A stretch of 12,639 nt of DNA from Candidatus Nanohaloarchaea archaeon (GTDB taxonomy: Archaea > Nanohalarchaeota > Nanosalinia > Nanosalinales > Nanosalinaceae), in NCBI GenBank assembly GCA_041640035.1, contig JBEQBC010000018.1, forward strand, positions 1-12,639. The letters are read 5' to 3'. The position numbers were made by a program, and so were the translations under genes. Shown one piece after another: positions 1 through 6,239 of the stretch (its first letter is position 1; the number at the start of each line of letters is the position of its first letter). The notes beneath the pieces are model-generated. The model did not search any database and was not told where the DNA came from. It was given only the letters and a program-made list of their open reading frames with translations.

Positions 1-342
1 GACGGACGCAGAAGAGTCCTCTACAGTTCAACCAGAAAGGCTGAAGCCATAGTAGAAGGCAAGGAGAGAAAGGTAAAGTTCTCGATCGCAAGCTCCGCTA
101 TCACCGGTTTAGGAGGTATGGGCTTGATCGCAGCAGATTACATGTCGCTGATCGGCGGTTCCGGAGAAACCGAGAGTGGTTCCGCTGGGACGATGGGTAC
201 GATGGGGACTATGGATGCCGGACGGACAGCCGCGGAAAATGCTTCAGGCGGGACAGAAGCATTCATGTACCTCGGACTGGTTTTGATACTGGTTTCTCTC
301 GTGGCAGCAGGTTATGGACTTGCTATAAATAACCTGAAATAG
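1..342 (+). CDS. Membrane-anchored winged-helix (ArsR-like) protein, 5'-truncated
   Basis: Frame 1 is open from base 1 (DGRRRVLYSSTRKAEAIVEGKERKVKFSIASSAITGLGGMGLIAA...), so the 74-aa ORF at 118 is only the tail. GRRRVLYSSTRKA resembles the wing/'YxLT' end of a wHTH domain. It is followed by two hydrophobic segments flanking a G/S/T/M-rich loop. Confidence 0.6.
   Translation, partial: DGRRRVLYSSTRKAEAIVEGKERKVKFSIASSAITGLGGMGLIAADYMSLIGGSGETESGSAGTMGTMGTMDAGRTAAENASGGTEAFMYLGLVLILVSLVAAGYGLAINNLK
187..213 (+). repeat. 3 x 9-bp in-frame tandem repeat encoding GTM-GTM-GTM
   Basis: GGGACGATG GGTACGATG GGGACTATG; the units differ only at synonymous third positions. Confidence 0.85.
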
Positions 343-356
343 GAAGGTTAGAAAGT

Positions 357-1037
357 TCAGTACTGCCATAGCCTCTGGATTCTATCAGATATTTCCGTAT
401 ATTTGCTTTTGAGTTGGCTTGTGTTTCTCTCGCCGTTTATATTGATTACCTGTACCCTTCCTCTCTCTTCTGTGTAGATATCTTGGAAATCGTAGATAAC
501 ACCTATCACATCTACATGGCTGGGAACTTCCTCTGATTCCAGAAGGAACTCAACTTCTCTATCTACATTATATTCGACCAATCTGTTGATTGATTCATTT
601 TTACCCAGGTCATCTGGAAGTTTATCCGCTCCTTCTTCAAGTCGATCCTCAAGCAAGTCTATACAGTGTCGAATACCTGAAGGTTCGTCAAGATGCTCCT
701 GAATATCTTCGTAAGTGGCGGTTACTGCTCCACAGCCGGTATGTCCTACTACGACAATGGTTTCTGTACCTGTATGTTTTACTGGGTAAAGCACATCACC
801 AGATACTTTTTTACCGTGGACTGTGCTCTGGAAAACACGGTTTCCTATATTGCTGCAGGTGAATATATGTCCCGGATCTTGGTTCTCCCACATATGGTCT
901 TGAAGTACCCTGGAGTCTGAACAGCATACAGTGACAAAGTCCGGTTCCTGGCTGTCTTGAACAGTATCAAACTTCTGATCGAATTTTTCAGTGTGTTCTT
1001 GGTTGGATTCTAGAAGATCGATAAATTCAGGTTTCAT
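357..1037 (-). CDS. Beta-class carbonic anhydrase
   Basis: Zn-ligand motifs CSDSR and GHTGCGA (C-x-D-x-R ... H-x-x-C), NIGN motif; 226 aa. Confidence 0.95.
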   Translation of the reverse strand: MKPEFIDLLESNQEHTEKFDQKFDTVQDSQEPDFVTVCCSDSRVLQDHMWENQDPGHIFTCSNIGNRVFQSTVHGKKVSGDVLYPVKHTGTETIVVVGHTGCGAVTATYEDIQEHLDEPSGIRHCIDLLEDRLEEGADKLPDDLGKNESINRLVEYNVDREVEFLLESEEVPSHVDVIGVIYDFQDIYTEERGRVQVININGERNTSQLKSKYTEISDRIQRLWQY

Positions 1038-1060
1038 CGGTATTTTACAAAGTTCCTGAG

Positions 1061-1110
1061 ATTATTTTAAATTAAAGATAGATGACCTAAAGTCAAGTTA
1101 TTTTTAAATT
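1061..1110. promoter_or_regulatory. Divergent promoter region: two TATA-like boxes flanking a TGAC-N5-GTCA palindrome
   Basis: The AT box at 1061-1076 (TTTAAAA on the - strand) lies about 25-35 nt upstream of the CA start. TTTTTAAA is at 1101-1108 on the + strand, and TGACCTAAAGTCA is at 1083-1095. Confidence 0.5.
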
Positions 1111-1210
1111 TTAGCAGGTTCAAACATGTATTTGTACAGTGTCAGCAAACAGACTCGGAAAATTAAGAACAGAAGCTAACAGAATTCTAGATTTCAACTG
1201 TGAATAAAAA

Positions 1211-1666
1211 ATGCCATCATGCGAACTTTGTGGACAAGACTCCGACTCACTTACAACCGTTAAAATCGAAGGAGCAAAACTGGATGTCTGTGACTCCTGC
1301 TCGGACATGGGTGAGGAAGTAGAGACCAAGCAGAAGAAATCCAGGAAGAAGAAAAAGAAATCCGGTTCCGGCACCAGGAAGAGAAAGGAAAAAGTATTGG
1401 CGCAGAACTACGGGGAGAAGATCAAGGAAGCCCGTGAAAAAGAGCCTCTATCGATCAAGGAAGTTGCGGACGACCTGAACGAGAAAGAATCCCTGATTAA
1501 GAAGATTGAGTCCGAGAAACTGAAGCCTGACAAGGCACTGGCTCAGAAACTGGAGCACAAGTTCGATATCACTTTGTATACTACGCCTTCAGTGAACGAT
1601 GTAGATACGGATTCAGGGGACACTCGGAAAGCAAGGGTCGGCGATGTAGCGGATATAAAGGACTAG
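1211..1666 (+). CDS. mbf1: Archaeal multiprotein bridging factor 1 (Zn-ribbon + HTH; TIGR00270-like)
   Basis: N-terminal CELCG...KIEGAKLDVCDSC zinc ribbon, basic linker, then the HTH region YGEKIKEAREK...LNEKESLIKKIE...LKPD...KLE. Confidence 0.93.
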   Translation: MPSCELCGQDSDSLTTVKIEGAKLDVCDSCSDMGEEVETKQKKSRKKKKKSGSGTRKRKEKVLAQNYGEKIKEAREKEPLSIKEVADDLNEKESLIKKIESEKLKPDKALAQKLEHKFDITLYTTPSVNDVDTDSGDTRKARVGDVADIKD

Positions 1667-2547
1667 AAAGAACCGTTCTTTCCGTTGCAGATCGCTCTAA
1701 GTCCGTGTATCACGGCTTCGTCACCCAGATCACATTCTTTGATCTGAGGTGCGCTATTAACTGTTTTTTCTTCTACTTCATGTTTCAAAGGCTCTATAAC
1801 AGTTTCAGGATGGTTCAGGGCCACTGCTCCTCCAAAGACTATGACTTCTGGATTGAATATGTTGGTTACATCTGTTAAGGCATCGGTGTTGATACTGTTC
1901 ATCTTCTGGATAACTTTCTCTGCCTCTGTATCACCTTCGCTGTATGCGTCGAATATCTCTCTGGCATTTTCGTATCCCTGATTGAACAGTTCTTCAGCCA
2001 TATCCGGAAGGTTGTTGCCTGAGCAGTAGGCTTCCCAGTGTCCTTCCCGTCCGCATCCACAGGTGAGGTCTTCTCCTACTTTCATGTGTCCGACTTCTGC
2101 GAAGTTTCCTTCCCATGCTTCGATCAGACGGTCGTTGAGTATGACTCCTGCGCCTATACCTGAGCTTATGGTGATGTATACAAGGTTTTCCGTACTGTGG
2201 TCTCCGTAGTGGTATTCTCCGAGTACTGCGGAGCTGCAGTCGTTTATCATTTTGACTTCTCCGTAGTTCTCCAGAGGTTCTACTATCTGTACTTCATCCA
2301 GTCCCTGGTCGGCAAAGTTTGGTGGGTAGAAGACTCCTTTTTCTCTGTCCATTGGTCCTGCTGCAGCGACTGCAACGGTTTCTATATCTTTTTTGTTGTG
2401 GTCTGTCTGGGCTACTGCGTCGTCAAGTTCGTTTTCGATATCTCTGAGAAACCGGTCGGTTTTGACTTTTTCGATTATACTGAATTCTCCGTTACCGACC
2501 CCAACAAGTGTGTTGGTTCCTCCTATGTCTACACAAAGGAAAGCCAT
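1663..2547 (-). CDS. glk: ROK-family sugar kinase (probable glucokinase)
   Basis: DIGGT ATP-binding motif, NDC..A..GE, TISSGIGAG, EVGH..TCGCGREGHWE Zn motif, NPEVIVFGG; there is no N-terminal HTH, so it is a kinase rather than a repressor. Confidence 0.9.
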   Translation of the reverse strand: MAFLCVDIGGTNTLVGVGNGEFSIIEKVKTDRFLRDIENELDDAVAQTDHNKKDIETVAVAAAGPMDREKGVFYPPNFADQGLDEVQIVEPLENYGEVKMINDCSSAVLGEYHYGDHSTENLVYITISSGIGAGVILNDRLIEAWEGNFAEVGHMKVGEDLTCGCGREGHWEAYCSGNNLPDMAEELFNQGYENAREIFDAYSEGDTEAEKVIQKMNSINTDALTDVTNIFNPEVIVFGGAVALNHPETVIEPLKHEVEEKTVNSAPQIKECDLGDEAVIHGLRAICNGKNGSF

Positions 2548-2598
2548 ATTACACCGTATTACTTCCTGCGTTTTTGTAACTTTCTAAACTGATTGGGT

Positions 2599-3006
2599 TC
2601 ACAGGTTTTTGCTGGACTCTGAGAATAGGAACAGTCCGTAACCTACGATCAGGAAGCTTACTGCTGATACTCCGTGGAAGAAACCTACCCATACATTCGA
2701 AGGTACTCCTAATACTTCCGGGTTATCTGCCAGGTGCCATCCGATATGTGGGATGTAGCTTAGCATGTATGTTATTATTCCGATGGATGTGACTTCTAGG
2801 CTTCTGGCTACTTCTCCGCCCCAGAGACCTCTTGCGCGGTACACTCCGTACAGAGCTGTGAGTACAGCTGCAGCTTCAACGAATCTGAACCATCCTTCGG
2901 CTGCTGTACCGAAGCTCATTACTTCCCATACTACTCCGTTGAGAACAGCAGCTACAATTAATCCAGATACAAGAATTACATCTTCGCGTCTAAGCTGTAA
3001 ATCCAT
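2599..3006 (-). CDS. Hypothetical 4-TM membrane protein (135 aa)
   Basis: The likely start is ATG 3006 (MDLQLRRED), because the 3147 start runs through the tRNA. TTTTATAA lies about 30 nt upstream on the - strand. There are four hydrophobic segments. Confidence 0.8.
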   Translation of the reverse strand: MDLQLRREDVILVSGLIVAAVLNGVVWEVMSFGTAAEGWFRFVEAAAVLTALYGVYRARGLWGGEVARSLEVTSIGIITYMLSYIPHIGWHLADNPEVLGVPSNVWVGFFHGVSAVSFLIVGYGLFLFSESSKNL

Positions 3007-3064
3007 CCTGTGGTAAAAATTTCTAGAAACTTGGTTATAAAATGTAAGGTAATTAAACTGGAAG

Positions 3065-3153
3065 CGCCGGGGCCGGGATTTGAACCCGGGTGGGCCGTAA
3101 TGGCCCAATGGCTTAGCAAGCCACCGCGTTGAACCAAACTCTGCCACCCCGAC
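3065..3153 (-). tRNA. tRNA-Ser(GCT), intronless, CCA not encoded
   Basis: The reverse complement folds fully: acceptor GTCGGGG/CCCCGGC, discriminator G, anticodon arm GTGGC-TTGCTAA-GCCAT, long variable arm TGGGCC-ATTAC-GGCCCA, T arm CCGGG-TTCAAAT-CCCGG. Confidence 0.97.
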
Positions 3154-3280
3154 ATACTTGGTGGATGTAATTTGTTTTGTTGTGTTTAATGTTTAAGTAT
3201 AGGCCGGAAATACCGGTTTCTGCGTGGGAAGTATTTAAATTAATTCAAGAGTATTTTGTTTCCATAGAAGTGGTAAAATA

Positions 3281-3562
3281 ATGTCGGAAAATATACTGGA
3301 TTTTTCAGAGGTCAAGGAGAAGCAAGTTTACACCAATAAAGGATCCTACTGCGGAAAGCTGAAGGATGTTGAACTCAACCTAGGCAAGTTCGCTGTAAGA
3401 GCTGTCGTAGTGGCAGCCGAGAAAGGTTCCTATCTAGCTCAGAAGGTCGGAGGAACCAAGAATGTAGTTATTCCTTACCGAATGGTTCAATCCGTCGACG
3501 ATGTCATCATAATCAAGGACTTCCAGACAAGCGATGTCAACGACGGAGAAAAAGAAGAGTAG
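3281..3562 (+). CDS. cdpB: PRC-barrel protein, CdpB1-like cell-division protein
   Basis: The pattern KQVYTNKGSYCGKLKDVELN...VVIPYRMVQSVDDVIII matches stand-alone archaeal PRC barrels (the IPYRxVxxVxDxxI signature of CdpB1-type proteins); acidic tail. Confidence 0.8.
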   Translation: MSENILDFSEVKEKQVYTNKGSYCGKLKDVELNLGKFAVRAVVVAAEKGSYLAQKVGGTKNVVIPYRMVQSVDDVIIIKDFQTSDVNDGEKEE

Positions 3563-3600
3563 ATAAGCTCTTCACCTCTCTAAACCTTTTCTCTACATAT
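3563..3600 (+). terminator. Possible pyrimidine-rich archaeal terminator
   Basis: CTCTTCACCTCTCTAAACCTTTTCTCT lies just after the PRC-barrel stop codon. Confidence 0.35.
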
Positions 3601-3656
3601 CCGACATGTTTCTTATATCCACTGTTTTTAACTGATTAAATCCTACAGTACATTTT

Positions 3657-3953
3657 ATGGTAGCAGAAACCCTGATCGGAATACTTTATAACTGGGTCGA
3701 ATCCAGCTGGCAGGTATCCACAGTAGTAATCAAGTACGCACTGGCAGCATTCCTGATCTACGAACTGGTGAACCGGAAAGAACTTGTGGATATACAAGAG
3801 GATTTTGTTTTCTACGGTCGGTACATGGTTGCCGCAGTTGTAGCTTCAGGCCTAGTGTTTTCTTTGACTGGAGTAACTGTTGAACCGGTTATACCTTATG
3901 TAGGAGAGTTTACAGCGCTATTCTTCTACGGATATCTGTTCTGGGAGTATTAG
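3657..3953 (+). CDS. Hypothetical membrane protein (about 3 TM)
   Basis: 98-aa hydrophobic ORF; TTTTTAA at 3625-3631 about 26-32 nt upstream; fills the gap and ends in a 4-nt convergent overlap. Confidence 0.75.
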   Translation: MVAETLIGILYNWVESSWQVSTVVIKYALAAFLIYELVNRKELVDIQEDFVFYGRYMVAAVVASGLVFSLTGVTVEPVIPYVGEFTALFFYGYLFWEY

Positions 3954-4276
3954 TCCAGCTGGTTCTGAACCTGGCTGTGCCACTCGTCCAGCGTCTCCAG
4001 TGTTATACGCTTCAATTGGTCCAGAGGAAGAGTAGTGTATACATAGTAAACTGTTTTATCGGTCTTACCTTCCCTCATCAGGATATCTTTATCCATCATA
4101 TCCTGTAAAGCTCTCTGAACGGTAGAACGATTCCTGTCAACCTTGTTGGAAATCTCCTTAACTGTAAGCTGTCGGTCCTCAAGTTCATAGAAGATTTCCT
4201 GCTGAAGAGAATTCAAGTCGAAGACCTCGAATATTATATCCTGGTCATCTTTTTCATCTAATTGCAGGAAATCCAT
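3950..4276 (-). CDS. HTH transcriptional regulator (TrmB-like wHTH, COG3355-like)
   Basis: FDLNSLQQEIFYEL...LTVKEISNKVDRNRSTVQRALQDM...ILMRE...YYVY followed by a C-terminal helix ending in W. Confidence 0.85.
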   Translation of the reverse strand: MDFLQLDEKDDQDIIFEVFDLNSLQQEIFYELEDRQLTVKEISNKVDRNRSTVQRALQDMMDKDILMREGKTDKTVYYVYTTLPLDQLKRITLETLDEWHSQVQNQLD

Positions 4277-4315
4277 TACAAGAAGAAAGAGCGCTGGTTA
4301 TTAATAAAAAATGAT

Positions 4316-4624
4316 TCATTCCCCGGAACCAGGATCGCCTTTCTCATCGATACGGGAACGGTACTTCTCAAGCGAACCATTCAAAGCTTTCTCTGCATCG
4401 ATATCGGCGGCTTCCGCCAGCGACAGCAGAGAAAACAGTGCGTCACCGAATTCATCCTCACTTATGTCCATATCCTGTTCCTCCAATCCGTAGTCAGATG
4501 ATTTCGCTGCCTCTGAAGCGATTTCTCCTAGCTCTGCGAAAACATCTATCAGGCGGAATGCTGCGGTAGCATCCATCTCATGTTTCTCTATGAATTCCGC
4601 TACTTTCTCCTGTTCTGAGTTCAT
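4316..4624 (-). CDS. MazG-like nucleotide pyrophosphohydrolase (single domain)
   Basis: QEKVAEF, AELGEIA (ExxE region), DEFGDALFSL (ExxD), IDAEKAL...KY..R; all-alpha NTP-PPase pattern. Confidence 0.88.
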   Translation of the reverse strand: MNSEQEKVAEFIEKHEMDATAAFRLIDVFAELGEIASEAAKSSDYGLEEQDMDISEDEFGDALFSLLSLAEAADIDAEKALNGSLEKYRSRIDEKGDPGSGE

Positions 4625-5022
4625 TCTAGTTCCCCCACCATCTGTTTCGCGCTTTCGACACCTTGAGCTGCATAATGTGTTCTATCCTTAGCTTCTTCTG
4701 CCGTCATACCTGGACCTGTCACTGAAAGTAGTACAGGTGTATCACGGTCCAGGCTGATCTGCGATACTTTATCTGCTACTGTGCTTCCGATTATCTGATC
4801 GTGATCTGTGTCACCTTTGATTATCGCCCCTATAACAATCACGGCGTCAATCTCTTCCTTCCTTGCAAGTCTGTCAGCAGCGAGCGGAGAATCAAATGCG
4901 CCGGGAACATGGAGTTCTTCTTCTATCGATACATTGAGGTCCTCTGCTTTCTGTCTTGCTTCTTCAAGCATTTCGCTGGTTATTTTTTCGTTGTAGTCGG
5001 CCTTTACGATACCAAGTTTCAT
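4621..5022 (-). CDS. ribH: 6,7-dimethyl-8-ribityllumazine synthase, archaeal type
   Basis: GIVKADYN, VPGAFDSP, DAVIVIGAIIKGDTDHD (catalytic His), PV...VTGPGMT...EAKDR. Confidence 0.95.
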   Translation of the reverse strand: MKLGIVKADYNEKITSEMLEEARQKAEDLNVSIEEELHVPGAFDSPLAADRLARKEEIDAVIVIGAIIKGDTDHDQIIGSTVADKVSQISLDRDTPVLLSVTGPGMTAEEAKDRTHYAAQGVESAKQMVGELE

Positions 5023-5044
5023 ACAGAAAGTATTTTTACTCCAG

Positions 5045-5051
5045 TTTTAAA
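5045..5051 (-). promoter_or_regulatory. Putative TATA box for a leaderless ribH-mazG transcript
   Basis: TTTAAAA on the - strand, 23-29 nt upstream of the ribH ATG. Confidence 0.5.
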
Positions 5052-5057
5052 CCGGTT

Positions 5058-5939
5058 TCAGACATCGATGATATCGTTTCTGGCAGCATGGAAAATGTAC
5101 TCCTGCGCATAACCCGCGTAATCACCAAAGTATTCACGCATATTTCCTGATACCTGGTCGTAGTCATCAGAGTGAAGTTCCGGATAGTTCTCCTCTAACG
5201 CCTGGTTCGCCCAGGTATCGATCGGGTATGCCTCATGGAAGCCTTTGGAGAACAGCAGCACACAGTCAGCGACCTTGTCACCGACACCGTAAAGATTCTT
5301 CATGTACTCTCTCGCGTCCTCATAGCTCATTTCGTCCATTTCTCGGTGATCAAACTCTTCCTGAAGTATCTCCATAGTCTCGACTATATACTTGGCGCGG
5401 TAACCTGTACCCAGTTCACGGAGCTCCTCTTCTGTAGCCTCCGCCAGTTCTTCTTGAGTTGGGAAACGAAGTAACTCCTTACCATCTAACTCAACTACTT
5501 CACCATATTCTCTTGCAATGTTGTTATGCATTTTCTTGATGCGGGGTATACGCATCTGCGGTGAGAGAAGGTAGCTGATCATGCAGGGGAAGAACTCGTC
5601 CTGTATAATCCTCAAGCCCCAGAGCTCTTCCTTGGCGTCTTCCAAGTGTTTATCCTCTGGGAAGGTTTTGAAAACTTCTTCAAGATCATGATGTAGGCCG
5701 AGCGCTTCTTCAACTTGAGATCTGTCCAACTCCGTTTTGACCAGGATTTCATCCGTGTTTTTCTGTTCGATGATTATCGGTTTCTGGTTTCTGAAGGTGT
5801 AGAAATGTGGTTTGCCGTCTTCGTACAGTTTTCCGTCGATCCTGTGCCAGCAGAATGTCTGGCCACAGGTCATGGTGCTCTCCAGGTCAAAGTTTTCAGC
5901 AGGGATTTTGAACTCTTTCACAAGAACAGTTGGCTGCAC
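5058..5939 (-). CDS. ogg: 8-oxoguanine DNA glycosylase/AP lyase, OGG1 type (OGG_N + HhH-GPD)
   Basis: LESTMTCGQTFCW (OGG_N), GLRII, GTGYRAKY, HhH LYGVGDKVADC with the catalytic Lys, PIDTW with the catalytic Asp, AGYAQEYIF. The true start may be GTG at 5921 (MKEFKI). Confidence 0.92.
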   Translation of the reverse strand: MQPTVLVKEFKIPAENFDLESTMTCGQTFCWHRIDGKLYEDGKPHFYTFRNQKPIIIEQKNTDEILVKTELDRSQVEEALGLHHDLEEVFKTFPEDKHLEDAKEELWGLRIIQDEFFPCMISYLLSPQMRIPRIKKMHNNIAREYGEVVELDGKELLRFPTQEELAEATEEELRELGTGYRAKYIVETMEILQEEFDHREMDEMSYEDAREYMKNLYGVGDKVADCVLLFSKGFHEAYPIDTWANQALEENYPELHSDDYDQVSGNMREYFGDYAGYAQEYIFHAARNDIIDV

Positions 5940-5990
5940 CGAGTTTCATATACATGAAGGTAGTCGGGACATGAGAAGAGGTAAAGATTG

Positions 5991-6182
5991 TTAATCGTCC
6001 TTAGAGTAGGTGTGGAAGTTGGATTTCTTTTTGTCGTCTTTATCCATGTCGCTTGTCTTTTCGCTGTACTTCTTCGCATCTCTTTTCAGATAGCTTCTTC
6101 CACAGCTGTGGCATTCAACTCTTTTCTGCGCCCTGCTTCTCTGCTTGTAACCACAGTCAGGGCACTGGTAAAAGACAGACAT
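5991..6182 (-). CDS. Small CPxCG-type zinc-finger protein
   Basis: CPDCG...CHSCG knuckles; 63 aa; charged tail; TATA-like box 24-31 nt upstream. Confidence 0.8.
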   Translation of the reverse strand: MSVFYQCPDCGYKQRSRAQKRVECHSCGRSYLKRDAKKYSEKTSDMDKDDKKKSNFHTYSKDD

Positions 6183-6205
6183 CTCAAAATATGCTTCGGG
6201 TTGAA

Positions 6206-6213
6206 TTAATTAA
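6206..6213. promoter_or_regulatory. Palindromic TTAATTAA, probable bidirectional TATA box
   Basis: It lies 24-31 nt from ATG 6182 (-) and 27-34 nt from ATG 6240 (+). Confidence 0.5.
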
Positions 6214-6239
6214 AATGTGAAGGACGGTTTTTGATTTTG

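Noticed and set aside
1114-1129. GCAGGTTCAAACATGT resembling a tRNA T arm
   Set aside because: The stem is mismatched and no other cloverleaf arms are present.
2030-2095. ROK zinc motif with His replacing the third Cys (CGCGREGHWE)
   Set aside because: A known variant in archaeal ROK kinases; His is still a Zn ligand.
3050-3090. tRNA 3' end as an integration site (att)
   Set aside because: No integrase and no duplicate of the tRNA 3' end were seen in the window, and flanking genes are ordinary.
3007-3147. 47-aa N-terminal extension of the 182-aa ORF
   Set aside because: It is the read-through of tRNA-Ser and its trailer; ATG 3006 has its own TATA-like box.
3202-3220. CCGG-N5-CCGG / weak hairpin between the tRNA and the PRC-barrel gene
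   Set aside because: Too short to distinguish from chance; no second copy noticed.
4316-4624. MazG-like gene as part of an anti-phage or toxin-antitoxin system
   Set aside because: No toxin, nuclease or other defence gene is adjacent; the context is housekeeping.
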